34,544 nt of DNA from a virus (Duplodnaviria; Heunggongvirae; Uroviricota; Caudoviricetes), in IMG/VR virus record IMGVR_UViG_2529292736_000012. One strand, written 5' to 3'. Position numbers and translations under genes: made by a program. The notes below the pieces were generated by a model. It saw only the letters and a list, made by a program, of their open reading frames with translations, was not told the DNA's origin and ran no database searches. Positions 1 through 10,327 of this stretch are shown here, piece by piece. Numbering within the stretch: the stretch's first letter is position 1; the number at the start of each line of letters is the position of its first letter.

Positions 1-300
1 ACGTTTGGGCTGGATGTAGTAGCGCAACATGGAACGGCCACCGGTATAACCCATCGCTTTGATTTCCGCCAGGATGACCTCGCCGTTCCAGACGTTCTCA
101 GCCAGACGCATATCTATATAGTCCATGAACGGCTTGAGTTTGGCCATTTTGTGGCGTGTTTTTCTGGCCGGAGGTTCCGGGTATTTCAGGTACCGTCTGA
201 CGGTCCGCTCAGAGCAACCAACCTGAGTGGCAATATCAACAATATACGCACCTTGCTGGCGCATTTGCTTTATCATGTAAAAATCCTCTCTGCTCAGCAT
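1..300 (-). CDS. istA: IS21-family transposase IstA, N-terminal fragment (ORF runs off the window)
   Basis: ATG at 300..298; open frame to position 1; recognised IstA N-terminal HTH sequence. Confidence 0.7.
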   Translation of the reverse strand, partial: MLSREDFYMIKQMRQQGAYIVDIATQVGCSERTVRRYLKYPEPPARKTRHKMAKLKPFMDYIDMRLAENVWNGEVILAEIKAMGYTGGRSMLRYYIQPKR

Positions 301-373
301 GAGTGTTCCCTTTGTGGTGTAGGAACCTTAAGGAAACAACATGTTGGGTGGAGCGGACAATCCAAATGGTGAA
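1..373 (-). mobile_element. IS21-family insertion sequence, partial (one end plus 5' part of istA); continues beyond window start. Exact terminus uncertain, somewhere in ~340-376
   Basis: Minus-strand ORF 300..1 translates to MLSREDFYMIKQMRQQGAYIVDIATQVGCSERTVRRYLKYPEPPARKTRHKMAKLKPFMDYIDMRLAENVWNGEV..., which I recognise as the HTH N-terminus of IS21/IS100-type IstA. Upstream leader contains TTTGGATTGTCCGCTCCACC. Confidence 0.7.
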
Positions 374-1540
374 TTACTGTCTTATATCATTGGCGCTGAC
401 ACCGTTCCTGTAATTCACGCGGAACTGTACAGCAGGGCAGCTCCCCGTATTCATATTGAAATGTAGGATTAATGTTGTTGCGCCACCAATATTTGCGTTA
501 TAGACCCCGCTATTCCAGTTCCAGCCAACAGCTTTATCATTTCCGACAGTGCTTCCTGTTTGCCCTAAAGCAAATGCAGGCTGCTGGTTTTTCGTGTTGT
601 AGTCTCGACGCCAGCCAGGAGCATAAGCATCACCATGATTAATATAAGTGAATTGAGCGTTAGTAATTCCGCCACCGCTGGAAGTGCTCGGGGTGGTTAC
701 ACGGATGGTCATGGCTCCTTTATTACCCATAACCTCAATAACGCAACCTGCAAGATGAATAGTTCCACAGCCAGTATCGGTAATAATTTTATTATTGCCG
801 TATGACCATGAACATTTGCACATCCAGTATGGGTGATTGAATGCCCCTTGAGAATCCAGCCATTCAATCAATTGTGCCGTCGTCCAGTTTCCTGCACCTG
901 TGCTAATAGCACCATGAAAAGAGCGGCAAGCACCTATTGTTTGCGTAAATTTATCTTTGTTTGGAATATCTGCGCCATTCTGGTTTTTCTGTAATGCGCC
1001 AGAAGCCTGATTTACCGTTTCCTGTAAACCGACGTTTTGGATAAACAGCGGCTTATTGGGAATATCTGCTCCGTTCCGGTCTTTTGCCAGACGGGCATTG
1101 GCATTATCCATCGCAATTTTCACCGCTTTTGCGGTGGCTGCCAGCGTTTCACTGGGGCTGTCAGTGGCACTGGTTAGCTGAACGAGTCCTTTTTTGTTCA
1201 GGCTGGCATCATAGATATCCAGATTTTCACGTGCTGTACGCTGTGCTGATGCCCCGGCAGTTTTAATTTCGCTGAGGTTATTTTTTATCAGCAGCGCGTT
1301 ATTGCTCATAATGGCTTTAATGGACAGTGCAAGCTGGTTTAATTTTGTTTTATCCGGTTGAATACCGGCTTCTTCCAGCGTGTTTAATAACTCCGCCTGC
1401 ACAATATTAAACCAGTCCATGCCGGGCCATGTGATAACATTATTCCCGTCACCTTCTGAAAACCAGCGAACGATAGCACTACGCTGGGCGGATACGGGCG
1501 GCATGACGGTTACGCCGCTGTCGTTATCAATATAAAACAT
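374..1540 (-). CDS. S: Mu-type tail fibre protein S (constant N-terminal part plus a short variable C-terminal part)
   Basis: 388-aa ORF; N-terminus MFYIDNDSGVTVMPPVSAQRSAIVRWFSEGDGNNVITWPGMDWF matches Mu S as I recall it; last gene of the tail module; contains gix-like site. Confidence 0.8.
   Translation of the reverse strand: MFYIDNDSGVTVMPPVSAQRSAIVRWFSEGDGNNVITWPGMDWFNIVQAELLNTLEEAGIQPDKTKLNQLALSIKAIMSNNALLIKNNLSEIKTAGASAQRTARENLDIYDASLNKKGLVQLTSATDSPSETLAATAKAVKIAMDNANARLAKDRNGADIPNKPLFIQNVGLQETVNQASGALQKNQNGADIPNKDKFTQTIGACRSFHGAISTGAGNWTTAQLIEWLDSQGAFNHPYWMCKCSWSYGNNKIITDTGCGTIHLAGCVIEVMGNKGAMTIRVTTPSTSSGGGITNAQFTYINHGDAYAPGWRRDYNTKNQQPAFALGQTGSTVGNDKAVGWNWNSGVYNANIGGATTLILHFNMNTGSCPAVQFRVNYRNGVSANDIRQ
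1017..1042. other. gix-like DNA invertase (Gin/Hin family) crossover site inside S
   Basis: TTCCTGTAAACC-GA-CGTTTTGGATAA, two 12-bp half-sites with partial dyad symmetry, closely resembling the Mu gix site as I recall it; lies at the constant/variable junction of S (encodes FIQNVGLQETV). Confidence 0.55.
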
Positions 1541-2082
1541 TAGTTATCTCCGTCATGGTAAACAAATTTATAAATCTGATGCGCGGGTTTATATTTCTCC
1601 AGTAAACATTCCAGCGCACCCGATTCATAAACACGTAACGGCGTCAGAACATTATCCAGCACCGTTGCGTTGCGATAATTTTTAATACCGTAAATATTGA
1701 CCTGCGTAACCCACTGGCCTTCTGTGGAATCCGTCAGCCTGACGGTAAAACCGTACTGCGCAGCCAGCCATTCATAAAAGCGCCGACTCAGATTGCCGGT
1801 CATACGCATTTTATTCGCGGCAGCCCGCTGGCGTTCGGACAGGGTGCCGTTTTCGCTTGTACAGTCCGGCAACCCCAGAAATGATTCCCACTCACCCAGA
1901 TACCAGCGGGATGTGGACGGGAAACGCTCCCGCAGCATTTGTCGCGCATCATCCGCCGCAGTGGCAATCACGTCGCTGATGGCCTGCGCCAGCGCAGATA
2001 ATTTGCTGTCGGGGCTTTTATTCCAGGCAAGCCCTGACGGCAGTAATTGCAGAAAGGCCGTCTGCCAGGGTGTTACAGCCAT
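1540..2082 (-). CDS. R: Mu gp48 (R)-like tail/baseplate protein (P2 gpI-like)
   Basis: 180-aa ORF immediately upstream of S; position in the Mu tail module. Confidence 0.7.
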   Translation of the reverse strand: MAVTPWQTAFLQLLPSGLAWNKSPDSKLSALAQAISDVIATAADDARQMLRERFPSTSRWYLGEWESFLGLPDCTSENGTLSERQRAAANKMRMTGNLSRRFYEWLAAQYGFTVRLTDSTEGQWVTQVNIYGIKNYRNATVLDNVLTPLRVYESGALECLLEKYKPAHQIYKFVYHDGDN

Positions 2083-3155
2083 TCAATTGTCCCCGGTGTT
2101 AACAGTTCCGTATTCTCCGAACGCTGGATCTCTGTCGGGAAACGCACTTCAAAATCATCCAGACCGGTAACACCTGCCACCGCACGGATAATACGGGAGG
2201 GGGCAAGTGCGCCGCCCGGCGTCACCTCATTAAAAAACATGGTATTAATGGCGTGGGTAATAGCCTGTTTCAGTTCGGCTGTCTTCGGTGATATATAAAT
2301 CCGTGGATTTACCGGCTTTGCCTTTGGCGCAAATACAGTGACATTTACACCGTCAGGCTGTCCGACAATCAGACCGGTGATCGGGTCAGTATGACCGGCG
2401 ATATAATCTGCCACGCGTTCCACGTCTGCCGGTTGTGGAAAAATATTGCTCCGGTTATCCATAACAAACGTCACCCCGACTGTGCCACCGCCTTTCCATG
2501 TCGGAAAACACCAGGCACGGGTAACGCCGCTGACTTCACGCGCCCAGCGGACGTAATCAAACTGATTACCGCCGAACGGAGGATACTGGACACGATATTC
2601 CAGCCGTGACAGCAGCTCCGCTGCACTCTCAATATCAGCCCCACCGGAAAACCCTTTTACAGTGATGGCATCGGAAACAACACAGGCAACCGGGGTGATC
2701 AACGTTAAAAGGGTATTCTCACCGGTATTTCCTGCTTCACCGGCAGCCAGTGCGGTAACGGTAATTTCCGTCGTTCCTGCACGGTCAATCACAATGGCAT
2801 CAGCCAGGCTGTAAACCACACCATCAGCACGCTGCCAGCGTGTACCGGCAGGAATGGTGGTCGCTGCCGATGTGGTGACAGTCAGCGGGCCGCTGGCGGC
2901 TGTCGCCTGTTTGCGGCGCACGCCCCAGAACCGGCAGTGCTCCAGCAACTCATCTTCATCTGCTGTCGACGGGATAATCTGCCGTCCAACCCATGAAATA
3001 TGCTCGTGACAACCGGCAGCAAGGCCCGCCTGAGCATAAGCAATGGCACTCAGCGTTTTTTCACGGGCCTGAGGCCAGCTACCCGGCAGGCGCTGTTCAA
3101 TATTCTGTTCTGTACGGGCAATCAGCGATGATAATGTCGGTGGTGAATAAGCCAT
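2073..3155 (-). CDS. W: Mu gp47 (W)-like baseplate protein (P2 gpJ-like)
   Basis: 360-aa ORF; synteny with Mu tail/baseplate genes. Confidence 0.75.
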   Translation of the reverse strand: MAYSPPTLSSLIARTEQNIEQRLPGSWPQAREKTLSAIAYAQAGLAAGCHEHISWVGRQIIPSTADEDELLEHCRFWGVRRKQATAASGPLTVTTSAATTIPAGTRWQRADGVVYSLADAIVIDRAGTTEITVTALAAGEAGNTGENTLLTLITPVACVVSDAITVKGFSGGADIESAAELLSRLEYRVQYPPFGGNQFDYVRWAREVSGVTRAWCFPTWKGGGTVGVTFVMDNRSNIFPQPADVERVADYIAGHTDPITGLIVGQPDGVNVTVFAPKAKPVNPRIYISPKTAELKQAITHAINTMFFNEVTPGGALAPSRIIRAVAGVTGLDDFEVRFPTEIQRSENTELLTPGTIEWL

Positions 3156-3593
3156 TTAAACCCCGTTAAATGCTGCTTTAAACTCATAAGGAATAACGGA
3201 ACCATCCGGTAATGTCAGTGCAATGTAGAGGTATAACCAGCCCTGATGTAACTGTTCCGCTCTGACGTTAATCGCACTTACCCGGCCCGCTGTTTTCAGC
3301 CATTCCAGCGCCTCTTCGGCATACCCTCTGGCGCGTTCCAGCGTATCCGGCGTGGTTTTTTCACGTGACAACAGCCACAACCGCGAACCGATGGGGCGGT
3401 CGCGGTAACTGTCCCCCCACCATCCACGGCGATCATCTGAACCATCCGGCAGCGTGTCAGAATCCAGCGCGCGCCGGTCGGTAAACAGGGAGATTGTCAC
3501 ATCGGTTGTCAGGCTGTCGTCGGTCAGCATATCGATGCCATCCTGTGCAATATCGCCGCGTCCGTTCGTCCAGATAATGGCTAAATCGGTCAT
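3156..3593 (-). CDS. V: Mu gp46 (V)-like baseplate protein
   Basis: 145-aa ORF; synteny. Confidence 0.7.
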   Translation of the reverse strand: MTDLAIIWTNGRGDIAQDGIDMLTDDSLTTDVTISLFTDRRALDSDTLPDGSDDRRGWWGDSYRDRPIGSRLWLLSREKTTPDTLERARGYAEEALEWLKTAGRVSAINVRAEQLHQGWLYLYIALTLPDGSVIPYEFKAAFNGV

Positions 3594-4183
3594 TGCATCG
3601 GCCCCGTGGTTCCGCCGCTGTCGCCGCGGTGGATATGCTTATCCGTCGATTTGCCATTGATGATGGCATCCGGGGCAGTAATATTGCTGTCGAACTGGCT
3701 TTTACCTTTAACGCCCAGACCTTTCTGGATCTCAACGTCGCCGGTAAACGTGGTTCTGGGTGTATCAACGGTCATGCTTTCATCAGCGTAAATCTCAACC
3801 GTTTTACAGGTAATGATGCAGCGCCCGTCCTTTGTCAGCCTGATACGATGCCCCTCGTGGTGGTAAATGCCTGCATCACCCGGTTCAAGATTTGTCGGGC
3901 GGTAGCGGCGGTCTTCCACCACAACGGCAATCCCCTGATCACGTTGTGCACCCACACAGGCAATCAGCGCCTCTGCGCCCGGCAGAGGAACGCTGAAATG
4001 CCCGTAATTTTGCAGGCGCTCCACTTCATCAGATTCCTCATCATCCAGCAGACCGACCTGCAGGTTCTGAACTTTTCGCCCGTCGTTAATCACGTTAACA
4101 ACGGCACGCGCAAGCATCAGACGCACACGACGCATCAGCGGTGTCAGCAGGCGGTTCATGGCGGAATCATTTACTCTTTCCAC
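3590..4183 (-). CDS. Q: Mu gp45 (Q)-like baseplate hub/spike protein
   Basis: 197-aa ORF; synteny. Confidence 0.7.
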   Translation of the reverse strand: MERVNDSAMNRLLTPLMRRVRLMLARAVVNVINDGRKVQNLQVGLLDDEESDEVERLQNYGHFSVPLPGAEALIACVGAQRDQGIAVVVEDRRYRPTNLEPGDAGIYHHEGHRIRLTKDGRCIITCKTVEIYADESMTVDTPRTTFTGDVEIQKGLGVKGKSQFDSNITAPDAIINGKSTDKHIHRGDSGGTTGPMQ

Positions 4184-5302
4184 GGCGGCGTTTTCTCCGG
4201 GTGTCTGCGATAATAATCTTCAACCAGCGCATCAATACCGCCGTTACTGTCGCCGCCTTTCCTGTTTTTACGGTCGCTTTCAACCGGCACCAGAAAGCCT
4301 TCGCGTGGTGCAAGGCTGACGCGGGTTTTCAGCCCGTCCTGGTCATTCAGTATCAGGGTGACTTTGCTGACCAGTAATTCTGTGGTTTTGATGGCATATT
4401 TCGAGGCATCAATAGTGACCAGCAGGTTCGGCATCCAGAGTTGCCCGTCCTTGCGTGTCCATCCGTCAATTTCTGCCTCAAAGATGATGGATTTTGCCAG
4501 TCTGCGGCGTTGCTCACGCAGGGCGCGGGCCTGTGCATCCTTCGCCGTAATTTTGCTGTCGGCAATGATGATCATCGGTCTGTAACGGGTCACATCACTG
4601 TCAGTGGCGGTCCCTTTCCGGGAGACGATACTTTTCGCATCAATATCATCACCCTCAGCACCGTTTGCGCGGGCATACCCCTTGACGGTGTATTCGCTGA
4701 ACCGGTCGCGGAAGTCTTCCTCAAAATCCAGTGTCAGCAGGTTTTCTCCGAGAACCAGCTCATCAGTGGCTGTGCTGGCAGCCCGGCTGAATACCAGCTC
4801 TCCGGCGGCATTGCTGGTCATCAGTACACCGCGTGCGCGGGAGGCACGCACCAGCGCCTCATAAACGGTTTCTGAATGGTCCAGCGTGAAGCCGGGAAAA
4901 ACTGCCGAACTTTCCTTATCGGAAAGCTCCCAGCGAACGGTAACGCCATAAGGAGCGCACAGGTCACGCGCAATCTGCTCCAGTGTGCGGTTTTTCCACT
5001 GTCCGCCACTGTAAACGGCAGCACAGTCAATCAGGTCAGCCGTTTTGTCACGTCCGGCGACAGTGATTTTCATACTGTCAGCGGTCATCTGGCGTCGCCG
5101 TGAATCGATATAACCGGTGCAGATAATCTGCCCCCCGATTTCCAGCGTGAACGCCTTCCCCGGTGCCAGCCCGGATAAATCCGTACCCGGTGGCACGTTC
5201 ACCCCCAGCTCAAAATATCCGGCTACGGATTCAATCGAGCGGGTGACAGAGACTGACGTCCAGCCGGTAAAAAGCCTGCCATCCGTTCGCAGCGTGACGG
5301 TA
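4171..5302 (-). pseudogene. P: Baseplate gene P (Mu gp44) interrupted by IS insertion; first 3 codons (ATG AGT AA-) lie on the far side of the IS at 6616..6623
   Basis: 343-aa ORF from an internal GTG, but the frame stays open up to the IS junction at 5302. Removing 5303..6615 restores ATG-AGT-AAT-ACC-GTC... (MSNTVTLRTDGRLF...), a 379-aa protein whose ATG overlaps the stop of N (ATGAGTAA). Confidence 0.85.
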
Positions 5303-5327
5303 TGAACCGCCCCGGGAATCCTGGAGA
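5303..5327 (+). repeat. IS left terminal inverted repeat
   Basis: TGAACCGCCCCGGGAATCCTGGAGA; matches the right end in 22 of 24 positions. Confidence 0.85.
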
Positions 5328-5356
5328 CTAAACTCCCTGAGAAAGAGGTAAACAGG

Positions 5357-5683
5357 ATGACTAAAAATACTCGTTTTTCCCCCGAAGTCCGTCAGAGGGC
5401 GATTCGTATGGTTCTGGAAAGTCAGGGCGAATATGACTCACAGTGGGCGGCAATTTGTTCCATTGCCCCAAAGATTGACTGTACACCGGAGACTCTGCGT
5501 GTCTGGGTACGCCAGCATGAGCGGGATACCGGAGGCGGTGATGGCGGGCTCACCACCGCTGAACGTCAGCGTCTGAAAGAGCTGGAACGTGAAAATCGTG
5601 AACTGCGCCGCAGTAACGATATCCTTCGCCAGGCTTCCGCTTATTTTGCGAAGGCGGAGTTCGACCGCCTCTGGAAAAAGTGA
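5357..5683 (+). CDS. IS3-family transposase OrfA (HTH / leucine-zipper part)
   Basis: 108-aa [33 protein letters not shown]...AEFDRLWKK, recognised as IS629-type OrfA. Confidence 0.9.
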   Translation: MTKNTRFSPEVRQRAIRMVLESQGEYDSQWAAICSIAPKIDCTPETLRVWVRQHERDTGGGDGGLTTAERQRLKELERENRELRRSNDILRQASAYFAKAEFDRLWKK

Positions 5684-6570
5684 TGCCACTGCTGGATAAG
5701 CTGCGTAAGCTGTACGGGGTCGGACCGGTATGCAGTGAACTACATATTGCCCCGTCAACGTATTACCACTGTCAGCAACAGCGACATCATCCTGATAAAC
5801 GCAGTGCCCGTGCGCAGCGCGATGACTGGCTGAAGAAAGAGATACTGCGCGTATACGATGGGAATCATCAGGTATACGGTGTGCGTAAAGTCTGGCGTCA
5901 GTTGTTACGGGAAGGAATCAGGGTAGCCAGATGTACAGTGGCGCGCCTCATGGCGGTTATGGGACTTGCCGGTGTTCTCCGGGGTAAAAAGGTCCGCACT
6001 ACCGTCAGCCGGAAAGCCGTTGCCGCAGGCGACCGCGTAAACCGTCAGTTTGTGGCAGAACGTCCTGACCAGTTGTGGGTGGCTGATTTTACTTACGTCA
6101 GCACATGGCAGGGGGTCGTCTATGTGGCGTTCATCATTGATGTGTTTGCCGGATACATCGTGGGGTGGCGGGTCTCATCGTCTATGGAAACGACATTCGT
6201 GCTGGATGCTCTGGAGCAGGCGTTATGGGCCCGTCGACCGTCCGGCACAGTCCATCACAGTGATAAAGGTTCTCAGTATGTATCGCTGGCCTACACACAG
6301 CGGCTTAAGGAAGCCGGATTACTGGCATCAACAGGAAGTACTGGTGACTCGTATGACAACGCGATGGCGGAGAGCATCAATGGCCTTTACAAAGCGGAGG
6401 TAATACACCGTAAGAGCTGGAAAAACCGGACAGAAGTGGAGCTGGCCACACTCACGTGGGTGGACTGGTATAACAATCGACGATTGCTGGAAAGGCTGGG
6501 CCATATCCCACCGGCAGAAGCAGAAAAAGCTTATTATGCTTCCATCGGAAACGATGATCTGGCAGCCTGA
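5680..6570 (+). CDS. IS3-family transposase OrfB (DDE catalytic part), expressed as an OrfAB fusion by -1 frameshift
   Basis: 296-aa ORF in the -1 frame relative to orfA, overlapping at GAAAAAG (5674..5680); integrase-core-like sequence (…HHSDKGSQY…YDNAMAES…). Confidence 0.9.
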   Translation: MMPLLDKLRKLYGVGPVCSELHIAPSTYYHCQQQRHHPDKRSARAQRDDWLKKEILRVYDGNHQVYGVRKVWRQLLREGIRVARCTVARLMAVMGLAGVLRGKKVRTTVSRKAVAAGDRVNRQFVAERPDQLWVADFTYVSTWQGVVYVAFIIDVFAGYIVGWRVSSSMETTFVLDALEQALWARRPSGTVHHSDKGSQYVSLAYTQRLKEAGLLASTGSTGDSYDNAMAESINGLYKAEVIHRKSWKNRTEVELATLTWVDWYNNRRLLERLGHIPPAEAEKAYYASIGNDDLAA

Positions 6571-6588
6571 GTTCACAGATAAAACACT

Positions 6589-6612
6589 CTCCAGGAAACC
6601 CGGGGCGGTTCA
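6589..6612 (-). repeat. IS right terminal inverted repeat
   Basis: Reverse complement reads TGAACCGCCCCGGGTTTCCTGGAG. Confidence 0.85.
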
Positions 6613-6615
6613 GTA

Positions 6616-8103
6616 TTACTCATTAATCACCTCAATACTGACACCACCGGGAACAAACAACGGGTTGCTGATACCGTTCCTGCGGGCCAGCCGTTGCCAG
6701 TTCCGGCTGTTTCCTGTGTAACGGTACAGGGCCACCATTGCAGGCATCGTCTCCGGCAGGCGGTGCGTTTCACTGCCCGCCAGTTGCAGCCCGCGTTTTT
6801 CCAGGTCGGCAACAACCAGCAGACGCAGTTGCGTAAGCTGAACACTGTCTGTCGAAAAGCCCTGCTCAGATGCCGTCAGAATGACGGTATCCAGTGCAGC
6901 CCCCAGCATGGCGGCTGTTTTTCCGATATCGGACACACTTTCAAATACCGGGGGCGTGGCTGTACCACTGTCTGAAAAGGATACCTGTGAAAAACCGCTG
7001 TCCGGGGTTATGGCAGTTAACTGTAACTGTCCCTGTGTGACGGTAGCAGATGTGCTGCTGGCCCCGCTGGCTGTGCCGGTTGTGGTGGACGGAGCATCCA
7101 GTACAGGTGCACGGGCGGCATTATCCATCCGGCGACTGAAATCCAGTGCCGCAGTCAGTGCCTGGCTGGCAGCTTCTGCCCGGTATGTCTGCGCCGCTGC
7201 CAGCATGACGTAGTTCAGTGTGGCAATATTTTTTTCTGCAACCGGACTGTTGTACGAGGTTGTGATTGTCCCCTGTCTGCCTGCGGTGGCGGCATGGCGA
7301 CGTTCGAATCGCTGCGCCAGACGGTTCCATGTGGAAAATGCTGTCCGGGTATCGCATAACGATGAAACGCCGGATAACGCCCCCATCAGCGAGGAGGCCA
7401 GCATGGCAGGCTGGTTAATCAGGCTGGTCACAGAGCCTTTCATCGCAGAAAGTGACCCCATCAGGCCGCTGACAGTCTGGGTGATCCCCAGATTATCCAC
7501 CGCATCACAGATATCATCGATGACACCGGTTACGGCATCCATTACGGCTGTTGCCGCCGCTGTGCCATCTTTTACGGTCTGCCAGACAGAGGACAGCGTA
7601 TCTCCCAGAGAACCGGTTACAGCAACAGCCTGTGCCGGTACGGCTGCACTGGTGTCTGTTTCTGCGTCCGGGGCAGTATCCTGCAACGACGGATAAACGG
7701 TAACGGTGAACGCGTAATAATTCAGTTCATCCGCTTTAGTGCGGCATTCCCATGAATCCACCATGACGTCCACAGTGCCGAAATCAGGATGTACCAGCTC
7801 ACCGCTACCCGGAGCATCAAGAGCATCCATCAGCGCACCCGCTTCATCTCTGGCTGTTTCTGCGTTGCTGTTCAGAATGCAGGCGCTGAATGTACGGGAG
7901 CGAAGCTTTTTCCCCAGGTCATTGACGCCGCCGGTATCACGTAACGGGTACTCGCGTTTAACCAGACGACGTCCGCCAGCCTGTTTTTGCTCCTCGATGA
8001 CGAGAAACGGCACGTTACGGAACGTGCCTTTGCCGGTTGTTTTCTTACCACCGCTGATTTTATCCCGGACAGCATTAACGGCATTTAAAGCATCTTCAAA
8101 CAT
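6616..8103 (-). CDS. N: Mu gp43 (N) DNA circularisation protein
   Basis: 495-aa ORF between tape measure and P; synteny. Confidence 0.8.
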   Translation of the reverse strand: MFEDALNAVNAVRDKISGGKKTTGKGTFRNVPFLVIEEQKQAGGRRLVKREYPLRDTGGVNDLGKKLRSRTFSACILNSNAETARDEAGALMDALDAPGSGELVHPDFGTVDVMVDSWECRTKADELNYYAFTVTVYPSLQDTAPDAETDTSAAVPAQAVAVTGSLGDTLSSVWQTVKDGTAAATAVMDAVTGVIDDICDAVDNLGITQTVSGLMGSLSAMKGSVTSLINQPAMLASSLMGALSGVSSLCDTRTAFSTWNRLAQRFERRHAATAGRQGTITTSYNSPVAEKNIATLNYVMLAAAQTYRAEAASQALTAALDFSRRMDNAARAPVLDAPSTTTGTASGASSTSATVTQGQLQLTAITPDSGFSQVSFSDSGTATPPVFESVSDIGKTAAMLGAALDTVILTASEQGFSTDSVQLTQLRLLVVADLEKRGLQLAGSETHRLPETMPAMVALYRYTGNSRNWQRLARRNGISNPLFVPGGVSIEVINE

Positions 8104-8107
8104 GGTT

Positions 8108-10276
8108 TTACCAGCCTGTAATGTAGTTATCGCCCGCGTAAATATTCAGCCCCATACCGTCCTCGGTGACACGGGAACTGGCCAGTCGTAACCCCTCGCC
8201 AAGTTCGACGCGCAGCGAGGCTTCCGCATTCACTTTTTGTTCCTGCGGTTCCTTATCCGGGGCCGTCCATTTCTGATACAGGTCGGTTACAAAACCGCCC
8301 AGATACTCCCCGGCGACACTGCCCAGCGTGGCACCGGCAACCGTACCCAGCGGTCCGGCAAGGCTGCCAACGGCACCGCCGAGCCATGCACCGGCTGTAC
8401 TGCCAATTGCGCCTGCTTTTTCATGGGTTGACGCCTGCTCATCCATCAGGACGGGGGCAAGCTGGAGTGCCCCCATTACCGGGCCACCCAGACGTGACAA
8501 CGCACGACCGGCACCTTTCCCCATCCAGCCCAGCGCCCCGGCACCTTTTGTCATAACCCGACCGATCGCACTGCCTGCAAGTTTGTTTCCGATACCGGAA
8601 AACCACCCGCCAACAGCACGCCCGGCATCAGCCAGCTTTCCGACCGTTCCCGTAACCAGTTGCCCGGCAGCACTGCCTGCAAGCCTGCTCAGAAGACCGG
8701 ATTTACCGGGTAAAGGTAATGGTGCAGGCCGTGCCGTTACCGGTACGCCGGGTGGGGGTAATGCCAGTACAGGGCGTGGTGCAGGTAATGCCAGCGGCTG
8801 TGGCCCCGACAACAGCAACGGCTGTCGGGGTAACAGGGGCGTCATGCCTCTGCCTTTCCGGGTGCGGCCACCACGGCCACCGCTTCCGTAACCGCCGAAC
8901 CCGTGAGGCCAGTTAGTGACAAACACACGCTGAATGCCGATGCCTTGCAACAGCGCCTCAGACGTCATGGCATCCGGGACCGGCAGACCTGCCTGCCCAC
9001 GTTTGCGGTTTCGCATCCAGCGCCACATACGACGCCCGGTTTTAAACGGATAACTGGCAACCTGCCATGAGGGTTTTGCCACGGCCCAGCCTGCTCTCAG
9101 GGCTTTATTGGCAAGCCAGACAGACACCAGAACAGCAGCCAGTTTTTTCAGGCTGACAATATTCTGGTCAACCCATGCCAGCGCATCCTTACCCGGTTTC
9201 AGCCAGCGCCATAATTCCTGCGCCGCGATTTTTACCGTTCTGAACGTGGTCAGAAATTTCTGACCAATGTTTTCTGCCAGTGCGTCAAGTTCCCCGGATT
9301 TATCCGCCATGTCGTGCCAGTTAAGCACCCGGCGCATCTCGTTCTTGATTTCTTCAAAGGGGCCGCTGTTTGCCACCTTCGTGCGAAACTCAAGCAGGTT
9401 GCCCTCCATCTGGGCCATCATCCCGTCCCAGGAGTTCATGGCAGCCGCCTGTGCGCCTTTTGACTGCTCCAGCAGGGTCCGGAATACCGTCAGGATGGAT
9501 TTCAGGCCCAGCTTGCCTTTTTCACCCAACTTGCGGATTTTTTTCTCATCCTCACCCGTTGCATCTGCCAGCACCTTGTAAACGTTGATGCCATAGCCGG
9601 TCAGCAGGTTGGCATCCGCCGCGGTGATTTGCTGGCGGGCAAACATCTGTTTGAACTGTAACGAAGCCCCCTGTGCAGTGGGTAAATCCCAGCCGTGCAT
9701 CGCGCCCTGGTTCTGTAGCATGGTGATGAACTGTTTTACCTGTTCATCATTCATACCAAACGCCGTTGATGTGCGGATTTCCTGCAGAACGCCGCCCAGC
9801 CCCCAGGTGGTTTCTTTTGCGTTCTGTTTCGCCCAGGCCATCATGGCCTGCGCTCTGGCCTTATCGCCGTGATACAGCGAGTTCATGGCGATGATCTGCT
9901 GCTCACGCTGGGCGGCTGCACCAATAAACAGTTTATTGGCGGTGTAACCCACGCCAGCGATACCCAGCGCCCCGGCTGACAGCATTCGGAATGTACGGGT
10001 TGACAGAGAACCCATTCTGTCAATGGCACCAGAAACGCGCACAACCTCCATACGCAGGGCACGAAGGGAACTTTGTCCGCTACGGGACAGGGCGTTTATC
10101 TGGTTCGAATACTGGCGGGAACGCCGGGAAAGATTGCCATTAAGATCAATAATGACAGACGCCTTTAAGCGTTTCCCGGTCATAGAGATTTCCTGATTTA
10201 ACGGTGATATTGAGAGAGGGTTTTCGCCTGCTGGCAGTGCCGGAAAAAGCGGGACAGCGGGAGAGACAAGGCCCAT
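8108..10276 (-). CDS. Tail tape measure protein (Mu gp42)
   Basis: 722-aa ORF with Gly/Ala-rich repeats and a long helical region, downstream of sheath/tube genes. Confidence 0.8.
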   Translation of the reverse strand: MGLVSPAVPLFPALPAGENPLSISPLNQEISMTGKRLKASVIIDLNGNLSRRSRQYSNQINALSRSGQSSLRALRMEVVRVSGAIDRMGSLSTRTFRMLSAGALGIAGVGYTANKLFIGAAAQREQQIIAMNSLYHGDKARAQAMMAWAKQNAKETTWGLGGVLQEIRTSTAFGMNDEQVKQFITMLQNQGAMHGWDLPTAQGASLQFKQMFARQQITAADANLLTGYGINVYKVLADATGEDEKKIRKLGEKGKLGLKSILTVFRTLLEQSKGAQAAAMNSWDGMMAQMEGNLLEFRTKVANSGPFEEIKNEMRRVLNWHDMADKSGELDALAENIGQKFLTTFRTVKIAAQELWRWLKPGKDALAWVDQNIVSLKKLAAVLVSVWLANKALRAGWAVAKPSWQVASYPFKTGRRMWRWMRNRKRGQAGLPVPDAMTSEALLQGIGIQRVFVTNWPHGFGGYGSGGRGGRTRKGRGMTPLLPRQPLLLSGPQPLALPAPRPVLALPPPGVPVTARPAPLPLPGKSGLLSRLAGSAAGQLVTGTVGKLADAGRAVGGWFSGIGNKLAGSAIGRVMTKGAGALGWMGKGAGRALSRLGGPVMGALQLAPVLMDEQASTHEKAGAIGSTAGAWLGGAVGSLAGPLGTVAGATLGSVAGEYLGGFVTDLYQKWTAPDKEPQEQKVNAEASLRVELGEGLRLASSRVTEDGMGLNIYAGDNYITGW

Positions 10277-10327
10277 TCCGGGCCACTTTTCAGAATAACG
10301 CCAATCGCTGTCGCCGCTTTCTCAATA

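Larger units (their letters stand above)
5303..6612 (+). mobile_element. IS3-family insertion sequence, IS629/IS3411/IS1203-like, 1310 bp, intact
   Basis: Terminal inverted repeats TGAACCGCCCCGGGAATCCTGGAGA (5303..5327) and the reverse complement of 6589..6612 (TGAACCGCCCCGGGTTTCCTGGAG); 3-bp direct repeat GTA at 5300..5302 and 6613..6615; orfA/orfB in -1 frame overlap. Confidence 0.9.

Noticed and set aside
151-372. 73-aa + strand ORF at the window start
   Set aside because: Antisense to the recognised IS21-family istA 5' end and its leader; no independent support.
3593-4213. 206-aa + strand ORF
   Set aside because: Antisense to the gp45 (Q)-like baseplate gene; considered spurious.
8328-8891. 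187-aa + strand ORF, very Pro/Ala-rich
   Set aside because: Antisense to the Gly-rich region of the tape measure gene; the composition is the mirror of that repeat region.
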